Part shown: positions 35,277 to 45,292 of the stretch, piece by piece
How positions within the stretch are numbered: the stretch's first letter is position 1
Layout: every line of letters begins with the position of its first letter
From: Candidatus Termititenax aidoneus
GTDB taxonomy: Bacteria; Margulisbacteria; Termititenacia; Termititenacales; Termititenacaceae
DNA: 64,000 nt
Direction: 5' to 3'
Assembly: GCA_003864455.1 (NCBI GenBank)
Contig: BGZN01000003.1
Location: 25,484-89,483, forward strand
Notes under the pieces: generated by a model
Told to the model about the DNA's origin: nothing
What the model saw: the letters and a program-made list of their open reading frames with translations, nothing else
The model's database searches: none
Program-made: the position numbers and the translations under genes

Positions 35277-36464
35277 ATGGTCAGCCGCAATCCCAATTTT
35301 GCCAGACTGCAGGCCGGATATTTGTTTCCCGAAATCGCCAGACGCCGCCGCGCTTTGCTGGAAAAACAGCCCGACGCCAAAATCATCAGCCTCGGCATCG
35401 GCAATACTACCGAGCCGCTGACGCCGATAGTCACCAAAGCTTTGACGGAAGCGGCCGCGCGGCTGGGCACGGCGGACGGTTATTCCGGCTACGGCGATGA
35501 ACAGGGGCTGCCAGCCCTGCGCGAGCAAATCGCCAAAGTTTTGTATCAAGACCTGATCCGCGCGGAAGAGATCACTATTTCCGACGGCGCGAAATGCGAC
35601 ATCGGGCGGCTGCAAATTTTGTTTGGCGGCCAAGTGACTGTGGCCGTGCAAGACCCGGCTTATCCGGTCTATGTCGACGGCTCGATTATCGCCGGCGCGG
35701 ACTCCGGTTTGCAATATATGACTTGTCGGCCGGAAAATGATTTTTTTCCGGATCTGGGCAAATTGCCGCGCGTGGACTTGATCTATTTTTGCTCGCCAAA
35801 TAATCCCACCGGCGCGGCGGCTACCAAAGCCCAGTTGGTAGAATTGGTAAAGTTTGCCCAAAAGAATAAATCCATAATAATTTTTGACGCGGCGTACAGC
35901 GAATTTATCACGGACAAGAATTTGCCGCGGAGCATTTATGAAATAGACGGCGCGGACGAGGTGGCTATTGAGGTCAATTCTTTTTCCAAATCGATTGGCT
36001 TTACCGGCGTGCGGCTGGGCTGGTGCATTGTGCCTAAAAAAATAAAATTTGCCGACGGGACGCTAGTCGGTCAGGACTGGACGCGCGTTATCACCACGCT
36101 TTTTAACGGCGCGTCAAATATTGCTCAAGCCGGCGGTCTGGCCGCGCTGACCGCCACCGGGCGTCAGGAAACCAAAACGCTGCTTGCCTATTATCAGGAA
36201 AACGCGCGGCTCATTTGCGAGGGCTTGCAGGCTTTGGATATTCAGATTTACGGCGGGGTTAATTCTCCATATATTTGGGCGCATTTCCCGGCGCAAAAAT
36301 CCTGGGATATTTTTGAGAAAATTCTTAACGAAGCCCACGTCGTAACCACGCCGGGCGCCGGTTTTGGCCCTGCGGGAGAGAATTTTGTCCGGTTTAGCTC
36401 ATTTGGCCGCAGGGCGGATATACAGGAAGCGGTGCGGCGGTTAAGCAATGTGTTAAAAAATTGA
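35277..36464 (+). CDS. dapL: LL-diaminopimelate aminotransferase (DapL pathway)
   Basis: N-terminal …NFARLQAGYLFPEIARRR… is characteristic of LL-DAP aminotransferases. Fold-type I aminotransferase with SFSK lysine. Confidence 0.8.
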   Translation: MVSRNPNFARLQAGYLFPEIARRRRALLEKQPDAKIISLGIGNTTEPLTPIVTKALTEAAARLGTADGYSGYGDEQGLPALREQIAKVLYQDLIRAEEITISDGAKCDIGRLQILFGGQVTVAVQDPAYPVYVDGSIIAGADSGLQYMTCRPENDFFPDLGKLPRVDLIYFCSPNNPTGAAATKAQLVELVKFAQKNKSIIIFDAAYSEFITDKNLPRSIYEIDGADEVAIEVNSFSKSIGFTGVRLGWCIVPKKIKFADGTLVGQDWTRVITTLFNGASNIAQAGGLAALTATGRQETKTLLAYYQENARLICEGLQALDIQIYGGVNSPYIWAHFPAQKSWDIFEKILNEAHVVTTPGAGFGPAGENFVRFSSFGRRADIQEAVRRLSNVLKN

Positions 36465-36507
36465 GACAGTTTCTGGCTTGTAACGATTAAATTACCGGAG
36501 GCGAGGT

Positions 36508-36972
36508 ATGCGAAATATGCGGCGGAAATTTATCGGCGGCTATGCTTATTTTAAAAAAATGAACGATTTGGCGCGTTTTCTTTCCCTGCAAATCCCGGCA
36601 TTAAAAATAGCGGTGCAAGAAATCCTCAACGAAAAATTTACAGAAGAAGAACGGCTGGCTTTTTACAATGGCCGCAAAATCAACGAATACCCGGCTGATC
36701 TGGGCGCGTATGAAGAGCCCAATATGGAAACTCTAAAAAAGCACGCCGAGGAATACCAAAAACTAGTGCAAAAATTTGACCGGCTTTTGACAGCGACCGC
36801 TATAGGCCGGGTTTTTCAGAATTTACGCGCAAACAACGAATTGTTTGATAAGCAGTTAGAAATGTTGGAGGACGAAATGTACCAGAAGGCGGCAGAACAG
36901 GGTTTGCCAGGAGTAGTGCTGCCCTTGAGCGATGAATATCTCGAGATTTACAGGATACTGGGCGGACAATAG
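36508..36972 (+). CDS. Hypothetical protein, 154 aa, immediately upstream of the tandem repeat and the giant operon
   Basis: RBS ggaggcgaggt. Predicted helical. No recognised domain. Confidence 0.5.
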   Translation: MRNMRRKFIGGYAYFKKMNDLARFLSLQIPALKIAVQEILNEKFTEEERLAFYNGRKINEYPADLGAYEEPNMETLKKHAEEYQKLVQKFDRLLTATAIGRVFQNLRANNELFDKQLEMLEDEMYQKAAEQGLPGVVLPLSDEYLEIYRILGGQ

Positions 36973-37031
36973 CAAATACTTATATGCTCATGGTATAAAA
37001 TTGCTGTTTGAGGGTATTCTTTTCCCAGCGC

Positions 37032-37289
37032 GACGTGATAATTTAAAAAAACGTGCAACGATTTTGGGTTGCTTACGAGTCGAGCTTAACAAGCGAAGCG
37101 AAGTTAAGCGAGACCCACAAGCACGCGAAGCGGGCGACGTGATAATTTAAAAAAACGTGCAACGATTTTGGGTTGCTTACGAGTCGAGCTTAACAAGCGA
37201 AGCGAAGTTAAGCGAGACCCACAAGCACGCGAAGCGGGCGACGTGATAATTTAAAAAAAACGTGCAACGATTTTGGGTTGCTTACGATA
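37032..37289 (+). repeat. Tandem direct repeat, 104-bp unit x ~2.5 copies (period 104; the third copy has A8 in place of A7 and is truncated), ending 48 bp before the giant gene's start
   Basis: Unit GACGTGATAATTTAAAAAAACGTGCAACGATTTTGGGTTGCTTACGAGTCGAGCTTAACAAGCGAAGCGAAGTTAAGCGAGACCCACAAGCACGCGAAGCGGGC. Copies begin at 37032, 37136 and 37240. Contains stems GCAAC/GTTGC and GCTTAAC/GTTAAGC. Confidence 0.9.
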
Positions 37290-37336
37290 TATTAGTAAGC
37301 ATAAAACCTGAAACTCGAAAATGTTAGGAGTAAGGT

Positions 37337-40300
37337 ATGTATCAGTATTTGCTTAAAGTGATTTCCGATATAGCAGGCCCGCCGGCTACAGGGAGAATTG
37401 TTAACCCAAATGTCCCGAATCCTCATAATAATGCAGGGCAGCCGGTTTTGGAAACAGCGCTGAGCCCGTATTTGAATGCGCTGGTTAAAGAAAGTAGTTA
37501 TGTTAAAGGTTTTACACTGCAAGAAAATGGAATTGAGCCTAATATTTTCGCCTACAATATAGACGTGTTCGTAGAAGGATTAGGAAACCCTTTTAAAGGC
37601 GTAGTGATTTATCATGATGTTGATGTTGTTGGAGGAAAGAAAGGCGAGCCTTATCTGGCTGTGGTGAGGGACGCCGCCGGAAATCTGAAACTTTATCAGG
37701 CCAGTCCTGAAAATGTGGCAGCCGGAATAGATAGAATAGTTATTGGAGCTGAAATAACGAATAGCAGAGTGGAAACAGGTGCAAATGGGGAGATTACCGG
37801 AGCGGTGGTAGGGGTGGCGGATATTGTGCCGCACAACGATGGTCTGTCTGAAGCTGCCAGAATAGGAACTGGCGCGGCTGAGAGAATTACCGGAATAAAT
37901 TATATCAATAATATTGATGGCGAGGCTCTTAGTGTAAAAGAAATAGAACGGCTGAGAGTTGCCGGACGTTTGGCGGAAATTCCCAATATAAGCGCTTATG
38001 TAGATGATGTAAATAAAATGTTGACGGAAACTCATTCTATTTCACTGCGGCATAGAGAGGGGCCGCTGGGAATAATCGACTGGGCGGAAAACGGATTGGA
38101 AGGCTTAAAAGAATTCTTAGTGCTCACTAAAGCTTATCCGCGCAAAGGAGTATCTTTTTTAGCTAATGCCACGGCCTTTTTGAGCGTGCTGACACCGCAT
38201 CTGTCTATGCTTGGGAATCAGCAAGTCGCTCCTTTCTTTGCCCTTTTGTTCTTTCAATATTTTTATGGTTCGATTAATTATTTTAATAACAGTATGCGGC
38301 TTTTTGAGAAAGATAGTTATGAATCCAATATAAGCTCGGGCGAAAGTTTTGTGCAAAGGTTGAAACTGGACGAAAAAACGGCTGAGTATTTTAAGGATTT
38401 GTTTTCTAATGCCGCGTTAAAAAGCGGGAAATATAAGAATTTTATAAAACTGATAGAACACACCAAAGGAGCTGACGGCAAAGATCAAGTAAACTCTTTT
38501 GGCGAGAATGCCGGCATTACGGTGGAGAAATTTGCGGACGGCAAGATGACTTTAACTATCAATTATGGCATAGCCGACGAGAATAATGAGGTCTGGCGGC
38601 ACTTTATCCAAGAAGATGTCCTGCAGACAGCCAGGGAACAATTGACCGATCTGAAAAGCAATTGGCCAAAATATAATGGCGGAGCAGTCCCTGCTGAGAC
38701 TTCTCCCGAGTATGCGCAATATCTAAAGTCTCCCGAATATAAGGCTTATAAAAAAAGCGCTGAGGGAAAAAAATATAAAAGCCTGGAGGCTATCGTTGGC
38801 ATTATGGAGTCTGTGTATAAACAATCTCAAATTCGCTTTCTCTTGCCGCAGGCCGGCCGCAGGCAGCGCGCGCGCGCTGGTTTTTGGCTTTTTGATTTGA
38901 AAGAGCTTGGCGTAAAAGACGGTTTTCAACTGGCGGGCGACTTGGCCGGCGGTTTGGGCGCTTATATCCATGAGCCTGGTAAAGAAACAGACAATCGGCG
39001 GCTTTTGCAGATCAATTATCATTTGAAAACCGCGGAATTGGAGAATCTAATAAAAGCTTTAAGCGCAAATGGCGCGGATGAAGCGGCGATACAGAAAATA
39101 CGGATTGCTTACAAGATAGTTTCTCAAAACTTCTATGCGGATGCCCAGGGCAATCCAAATTACCAGATACCTGTAGATCAGCGCGCGACACAAGTGGCTA
39201 CGGATCGGCTGACTTTTACTTCTGCTCCGGTGTGGGATGTTCTTCAAGATATTTACACTGCGGCTGAGCAGGAATTTCATACTTTTATGCGCCTGCAAAG
39301 CAATATTCAAAACAACAGCAACAATTCTCTGGATGACGCTCAATCTAGAGGTTTGGAAATAATGGGACGCGACACCGAAGCGTGGAAAAATGCGATGCGG
39401 GCTGTTTTGCTGGAAGGCGGTGTTACGGGAGAGTTGTTTGCGGCGGTGCAGGATTTAAAAAAGCAACTGGCAAATAAAACCGGCTTAACACAGGCTGGCG
39501 TCAATGCGGCTATTGATAGCGCGGCTTTTAAAGACAAGATTCGCGGAATCATAACGAATTATTTTTCAGCTGGCGGCGATCTAAATATCGGGGCTAGAGT
39601 CGACGGCATTTTAAAAGACCTGAAGCAGGAATTTACTATTGATGCAAACGGCAAACTGCAAACTAATGATTATGGCGTAGGGAACACTTTGTTTTATTAT
39701 GTTCTCCTAAATGGCGCGGAAGCCGGACGGGATCTGCGCAGTGTGAACATATTTGAGTTTTTTACGCAGTTGGCTGATGCTTACGGCCGGCATATACCAA
39801 TGTCGGCGATTTTGGCGGAAGCTGTAGCCAAAGCTTTTCCGTCCGATGATTATTCCCGCGATCAGATACGCAAAGCCCTGAATTTTTGTTATCTAAACGG
39901 CAATATGTTGCTGGATGAGCAGTTATACGTAGAGGACGGCCGTTACAAAGGCCGGCAGTTGTGCATAGACCCGCGCCGCGCCGAAGACAGAAATGCCAAA
40001 AAAGCAGATTCGGCGGTGTCGCTGGAGGATTATTTGATGGAGTTCTTCTTCGGAGATGCTGTAAAAGCGGAAGATTATAAAAAGCATCCTGAAAATATGT
40101 ACAGCTTAAACAGGATAGATATTAAGAATTTCGTGAATATTTTAAATCATAAAATAGCTGTTCAAAAACGAGCGGAATACTTTGCCGAACTGACGTTTAA
40201 ATTGAGAACCGGCGACTCGATGAGCCAAACGGAGATCGACAATTTGGTTACTATGCTTACCGAACGCTACAGCATGGAAGAATTTACGGCCAGGCAATTG

Positions 40301-43300
40301 ATCGATTTTCTACAGACAGGGGCTGTGCGCGGCGCTATCGAGACCAGAACAATGGCTTATGAAAATGCTTTCATAGGCTTTGATAGATTAAATAATGTTA
40401 ATTTTATGAGCGATTTCGCTCCGGAAAAGAAGCGGGATATTTACCTCGCTCTGATGGCCTATCAGAAATGGCAGACTGCTAAACATCATAATAAGAAACC
40501 TACTGCCGTGGAAGGGTTGGAAGCGGTTGATCCGGCAAGACTAAGAGACAAAATAGAGAGAGAGAATTTAAAACAAGAGTTAATCCAAGCGTTTGGTTCA
40601 GCAGAAATAGCGGAAGCTATGCTGAGCACAGACTTTTTTAATGCCGATAAAACTTCCGGCGGCATACGGTATACGTTCCGCGCCTCGATAGAGTATGACA
40701 TCAGGCTGGCTTTTTGCCAGGCTATGCAGCGGCTGTATCACGACAATCGGGTGTATGTGCTGGAGCATCCTGCGAATGTAATGAATAAAGAGAAAATAGA
40801 GAAAAAAGAGGTTAAACTTTCGAATCAGGCGATCAAAATAATCAGCGAAAAACCGTTTAAGGGCGAGATAGAATTTGTGCATTCCAAAGATTTAGGAAAT
40901 GGCAAACGTGAGGGCCAATTAATTGTTGCCGCTGCCAATTCCAAAGAGTTTTTGGATTTAATTATGAACCCGGGGTTGACTCCTGATGATCGCAACGAAT
41001 TAATGAGAATCTATGAGGAGTATCATTATTTGAAAGCGGAATATGCGAAAGCGAAAGAGTCCTCAGGCGATAAAACGGTGCCCTTGTCTAAGGGAACGCT
41101 AGAATTGATCCGGAACAAATATAAAGATATTGTTTCTCCCAATGATGATAACAATGATGCAAAAAAAGTAATCTTGTCTTTTACAAATGATTCTTACAGC
41201 ATGATTGCCCTGCTTTGCGATCCGAGCCTGGATAATGTGCAGGATGCGGAAGCGCTGCGCAAAGTGTTTGCGGACTATTTGGAAATAGCCGTGATCAACC
41301 GGACTATTGAGCTGAGCAAGGCGGCTTTTGCTGTGCTGGACGCGCATAGATTTAATGTAGCTGAAATGCGTGAGTACATGGACGAACTGGCGCGGGCAAA
41401 CCCCTATTTGGCTACGCTGGAGCCTAGACTACAGTATCAACACGCCATGCGGGAAATGCATAAAAAAATACGCAATGAACTGGTAAATAGTTTTGGCGAA
41501 TTTTTTGTCGGCCTAGAACAGGAAGCAGAAATGAATAAGCTGGTGGATACGCTGATGGACGCACTGGCTGAAGGCGAAGCGTTTCAAGAAGCTTCGACTA
41601 ATGGCTTGCTGCAACAAACCAATATGCTGGTTTTAAGCGTGGCGCAGTTGCATAACAAAACAATAATGAACACGAACTCTGCTTTGGGAGAGATGACTAG
41701 AACCAGCAGAGATGAAGTCAATAGCTTGTTGAACAACCGTCCTGAAAAGGTAATCGAAACCTCGGAAGGCAAAACAGAACCAAACCCCCAAAGAGAGATT
41801 TTTGATATGTTCTATAACCTGCTTAAATCTTTTGGCGGAAAAAAACTGACCGGACTGGCCACCGGCGCTTACTGGACAGTGCCTTTTGATATCGCGGCGA
41901 AAGGCCTGGCTGGAGATGTGTACCGCGCTATGAATGATGAGAAAAGACACGCTGGTTTTGGCGTAAATCAAGGTGTTCGCGCTGCGTCCGATTTTGGCGA
42001 ATATGTGGCCGAGACTGCTCTCGGCGGCCAAGAAGGGCATAATATGGTTGACATCAAGGGCAATGGAGACAGGCCGATAGCGATATTCTCCCTGGATAAT
42101 ATTGTCGGCGCCAGCAATATTCATCCCGTGCTGCTGGATCTGACCAGCCAAAAATTTATGCAGAACGGCAAAGTGCGTAGTATTTCGGATATGCATACAC
42201 AGGGCTTTATCAGTAATGAAGCTTGGGATATGCAACAAGAGTATGAGGTCTTGCATGATCGGTTTCTGGAATTAACTAATGAGAGCCTCGGCCGTTTTCT
42301 TACTGCAGCAGAAGAGCGGGAATACCTGGATTTAGAGGCTAAATTTGACAGCGGCAAAATATTTGCTGACGCCGCAAAACAGCAGAAATATGAGGATTTT
42401 TTGATTTTGGCCGGAGCTGCCGGAAAAGACTGGAAAGAATTAAACGGTCATGAGACGCGGGTTTTGAATGATTGTGCCGCGCAATATTTGCGTAAGATAT
42501 TTGAGGCCGCCGGCTTGCCGTCTGCTGCGGAAGGGCATTGGAGCGAATATGATTTGCAAAAAATCATTGATAGCGCCAAAGATTTATTGGCTGCGGAGAA
42601 TGATTTCCGGACCGCATTGGATGAGCTTTTGGCTACGCCGGAGATCGGCCTGAATAGAGACACGGCGATGGTAGCTGTGGATATGCTGTATAAAACATTT
42701 TTAGAAGAAGGAAATGACAATAAAGCGCTCAAAGTAGCCGGCAGCAAAGATGATCTTGGCAAACTGCAGTCCGCAGGGTTTATAGCGATAGATCCGCGGT
42801 TGTTTATTACAAAGTATCATGAGTTGCAAAACGGCAAAGGACACAGTATCAAAGGGACAGACAAGGATCAGCCGGATCTAAATTATTTGACGTCAAACAC
42901 TCTAGGTGATTATATTTTTGCGGCGGCGGATCAGGCTGTTAATTCTGGCTGGCAGACGGAGGCAAGAGAGGCCACGGGCGAGCCGGAAACGATGTTTTGG
43001 CTGGACAGACCGGCAGTCTCGATGGACAGCACTTTGAAGCCGGATACTCTGACCATGGCTTTTACCGGACGGACGCCTTTTGAGAATATGCAGAAGTTGA
43101 TTAAAACGGTTATTCAGTACTGGCGTGAACGGAATGGCGCATATGATCTGAAGACAACTTGGAAAAGATATAAAGAAGAAATGATGTACGACACTATCTC
43201 CGCTACGTTCCAGAATATGTGGTATCGCGGCAATCTTTATCCTTTTTTGCCGGTTTTAGATCAAGTGTTTGCTGAAATGGATAAACTCGATATAAAAAAT

Positions 43301-45271
43301 GCGCAAGGCCAGACGGTAAAAATGTTTTCGCAGAATAATTTGCGCGAACTTTTTGATCTGGATAATAATGGAACTTACAACTATAACCATGAGTTGGACA
43401 TGCAGCGCAATGGCAACAAAAAGCTGGATGAGATTTTTAAACAGGTAATGGAAAAAATACTGGATAAGAATAATCCCAATCCTCTATTTGTTGTGGGCAG
43501 CCGGGAATGGCAGACGCTGGTCTTGACCAATGCCGCCGAAGTAACCATCCGGGAAAAAATTGACGCGGTAGTGCAGGGCACTTTGGATAAAGATTTCAAA
43601 ACTTATTTATTTTATCTAGAGGGCGTTTACAATCTCTGGAAGCCGCGCTTGGACGGTACGCTGGTCAATGTCAACAGTATTCTAGCGCAAGCCGAACAGG
43701 AAATGATGTATACGCTTTTCAATAGTCTCCAGCTCGGCGGACATGTGGATATGCAAATGTTTAATTACATTGCCGCTTATGTGCAGGGACAGATGGGCTG
43801 GGAGCAGGACCAGGGCTGTTCCAATTTCCATCTGCTTAAATGGGATGCTTATTTTCATATGACCCGTATGGCTCTGGAGTTTGCCGCGGCGCCGGCAAAT
43901 ACTCCGCCCAATCTGCGAACCAAATTTATGGTGGAGACACTGCCTTATCTGAGCAGCACAGGGATCATGATGGGGCTGGCTTTAGTCTTGTCCGCTCTGA
44001 ACGCGCCAATGCTGCTGAGCGCCGGTGCACTGCCTGTGGCGCTGCATCAGATGCTGACCAAGTTTGTGCCTCGGTTTCAAGATTGGATACGCGCCAAAGC
44101 GAAGACCACTGAATTATCGGTTAATGCTTTTTATCCCAGTGTCTTGCGCTGGACTCTGGATCTCGTAAAAAAATATTCCGCGGTGGAGGATGCGCGTTCG
44201 CAGACAGAGCAAATTAAATGTTATGACGCTTATGGCCGGCATATCTTTACCATACCCGGCGGCGCTATCGCGGAAGGCGATTGGGCAGTGGCTTATGGCC
44301 AAATGTTCCGCTGGTTTGGGGCGGACACCGAGCTGCGGGTCGTGGAAGGAATAGACGGCAAGCGGTATGAATTGCAAATTAAAAGCAAGAGACTATCCAA
44401 CGCTATTTACCGCCGTTATGTGCAGCATTATAAAGAGGCCGAACAGCATGTGCAGTTTCCCTTGTCCACAAACTACAATTTGCGCTTCCCGACCTTGATG
44501 ATGACCACGCCGCTGGTGGGCATGTCGATGTTTAATTTTAAATCTTCTTTCTTGTCCAACGGTTTGGGAGGCGTGTTTGGCGCTTTGGGCGTTTCGCCTG
44601 AATCTTCCCAGCAGTTTGGCTCGTATGGTGCGATAGGTCTGGTTTCCGCTCTGGCCTTGGTTCATTATTATGGGATACAAAATCAGATCAAACAGACTTA
44701 CGCCAGCTCGGGCGTAACAGAACGGGCGGCGCAGATGGCGGAAGACCGCGCCAATCTTAATGACGGCAAAATGATCGACACCCGTCTGGAAAATGTGCTG
44801 GTTTCTTTTTCCAAAGCGGCGTTTAACACTACAGAGCCGCTGGCTATTCCGGAGTACAAATCTTTTGACGAATTTTATCTAAACCGCGCGGAGAATGATC
44901 TGGCAAAACTAAAAGCAGCGGTGAGTGCCCTGAATTTGATGACGGATAATACCGGACATATTGCTGCTCGAGAGGAATTGTTCGGCCATAAGCTTAGCCG
45001 GATACGGCACTGGTGGAAATTGCATGCTCCGAATGGCGCATTTAATGTGTCTGTCGGGCTGCCCATAGCCACCGCGATTGGTTTGGGTATACAGCATTTT
45101 GCTTATGGCACAGAGCCTCTGATGATACCGCTGCTGGCAGCGGGTTTTGCTGTGCCTTGGTTTGCAAAGCTTTCGCAGAAAAAACTCTTTCTAAGTCCAA
45201 AATCCTATATGAATGAACACGGACTGGTAGGCGTGGCAGGCAAGAAAAAATATGAAGGCACAATAGAATAG
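37337..45271 (+). CDS. Giant protein A, 2644 aa, no signal peptide, several C-terminal hydrophobic helices, no recognised domain
   Basis: RBS taggagtaagg. One uninterrupted ORF. C-terminal hydrophobic segments (GIMMGLALVLSALNAPMLLSAGALPVAL; GLGGVFGALGV…AIGLVSALALV; VSVGLPIATAIGLGI…LMIPLLAAGFAVPWF). Confidence 0.8.
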   Translation: MYQYLLKVISDIAGPPATGRIVNPNVPNPHNNAGQPVLETALSPYLNALVKESSYVKGFTLQENGIEPNIFAYNIDVFVEGLGNPFKGVVIYHDVDVVGGKKGEPYLAVVRDAAGNLKLYQASPENVAAGIDRIVIGAEITNSRVETGANGEITGAVVGVADIVPHNDGLSEAARIGTGAAERITGINYINNIDGEALSVKEIERLRVAGRLAEIPNISAYVDDVNKMLTETHSISLRHREGPLGIIDWAENGLEGLKEFLVLTKAYPRKGVSFLANATAFLSVLTPHLSMLGNQQVAPFFALLFFQYFYGSINYFNNSMRLFEKDSYESNISSGESFVQRLKLDEKTAEYFKDLFSNAALKSGKYKNFIKLIEHTKGADGKDQVNSFGENAGITVEKFADGKMTLTINYGIADENNEVWRHFIQEDVLQTAREQLTDLKSNWPKYNGGAVPAETSPEYAQYLKSPEYKAYKKSAEGKKYKSLEAIVGIMESVYKQSQIRFLLPQAGRRQRARAGFWLFDLKELGVKDGFQLAGDLAGGLGAYIHEPGKETDNRRLLQINYHLKTAELENLIKALSANGADEAAIQKIRIAYKIVSQNFYADAQGNPNYQIPVDQRATQVATDRLTFTSAPVWDVLQDIYTAAEQEFHTFMRLQSNIQNNSNNSLDDAQSRGLEIMGRDTEAWKNAMRAVLLEGGVTGELFAAVQDLKKQLANKTGLTQAGVNAAIDSAAFKDKIRGIITNYFSAGGDLNIGARVDGILKDLKQEFTIDANGKLQTNDYGVGNTLFYYVLLNGAEAGRDLRSVNIFEFFTQLADAYGRHIPMSAILAEAVAKAFPSDDYSRDQIRKALNFCYLNGNMLLDEQLYVEDGRYKGRQLCIDPRRAEDRNAKKADSAVSLEDYLMEFFFGDAVKAEDYKKHPENMYSLNRIDIKNFVNILNHKIAVQKRAEYFAELTFKLRTGDSMSQTEIDNLVTMLTERYSMEEFTARQLIDFLQTGAVRGAIETRTMAYENAFIGFDRLNNVNFMSDFAPEKKRDIYLALMAYQKWQTAKHHNKKPTAVEGLEAVDPARLRDKIERENLKQELIQAFGSAEIAEAMLSTDFFNADKTSGGIRYTFRASIEYDIRLAFCQAMQRLYHDNRVYVLEHPANVMNKEKIEKKEVKLSNQAIKIISEKPFKGEIEFVHSKDLGNGKREGQLIVAAANSKEFLDLIMNPGLTPDDRNELMRIYEEYHYLKAEYAKAKESSGDKTVPLSKGTLELIRNKYKDIVSPNDDNNDAKKVILSFTNDSYSMIALLCDPSLDNVQDAEALRKVFADYLEIAVINRTIELSKAAFAVLDAHRFNVAEMREYMDELARANPYLATLEPRLQYQHAMREMHKKIRNELVNSFGEFFVGLEQEAEMNKLVDTLMDALAEGEAFQEASTNGLLQQTNMLVLSVAQLHNKTIMNTNSALGEMTRTSRDEVNSLLNNRPEKVIETSEGKTEPNPQREIFDMFYNLLKSFGGKKLTGLATGAYWTVPFDIAAKGLAGDVYRAMNDEKRHAGFGVNQGVRAASDFGEYVAETALGGQEGHNMVDIKGNGDRPIAIFSLDNIVGASNIHPVLLDLTSQKFMQNGKVRSISDMHTQGFISNEAWDMQQEYEVLHDRFLELTNESLGRFLTAAEEREYLDLEAKFDSGKIFADAAKQQKYEDFLILAGAAGKDWKELNGHETRVLNDCAAQYLRKIFEAAGLPSAAEGHWSEYDLQKIIDSAKDLLAAENDFRTALDELLATPEIGLNRDTAMVAVDMLYKTFLEEGNDNKALKVAGSKDDLGKLQSAGFIAIDPRLFITKYHELQNGKGHSIKGTDKDQPDLNYLTSNTLGDYIFAAADQAVNSGWQTEAREATGEPETMFWLDRPAVSMDSTLKPDTLTMAFTGRTPFENMQKLIKTVIQYWRERNGAYDLKTTWKRYKEEMMYDTISATFQNMWYRGNLYPFLPVLDQVFAEMDKLDIKNAQGQTVKMFSQNNLRELFDLDNNGTYNYNHELDMQRNGNKKLDEIFKQVMEKILDKNNPNPLFVVGSREWQTLVLTNAAEVTIREKIDAVVQGTLDKDFKTYLFYLEGVYNLWKPRLDGTLVNVNSILAQAEQEMMYTLFNSLQLGGHVDMQMFNYIAAYVQGQMGWEQDQGCSNFHLLKWDAYFHMTRMALEFAAAPANTPPNLRTKFMVETLPYLSSTGIMMGLALVLSALNAPMLLSAGALPVALHQMLTKFVPRFQDWIRAKAKTTELSVNAFYPSVLRWTLDLVKKYSAVEDARSQTEQIKCYDAYGRHIFTIPGGAIAEGDWAVAYGQMFRWFGADTELRVVEGIDGKRYELQIKSKRLSNAIYRRYVQHYKEAEQHVQFPLSTNYNLRFPTLMMTTPLVGMSMFNFKSSFLSNGLGGVFGALGVSPESSQQFGSYGAIGLVSALALVHYYGIQNQIKQTYASSGVTERAAQMAEDRANLNDGKMIDTRLENVLVSFSKAAFNTTEPLAIPEYKSFDEFYLNRAENDLAKLKAAVSALNLMTDNTGHIAAREELFGHKLSRIRHWWKLHAPNGAFNVSVGLPIATAIGLGIQHFAYGTEPLMIPLLAAGFAVPWFAKLSQKKLFLSPKSYMNEHGLVGVAGKKKYEGTIE

Positions 45272-45292
45272 ACGGCTTCAGGAGGCAGGACA

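Noticed and set aside
36932-37150. 72-aa ORF running through the 104-bp tandem repeat
   Set aside because: It consists almost entirely of repeat sequence and has no RBS. The repeat structure explains the open frame, and a regulatory or structured-RNA role is far more plausible.
37032-37289. Possible CRISPR array
   Set aside because: The 104-bp identical units are contiguous, with no unique spacers between short repeats. This is a tandem duplication, not a repeat-spacer array, and no cas genes are nearby.
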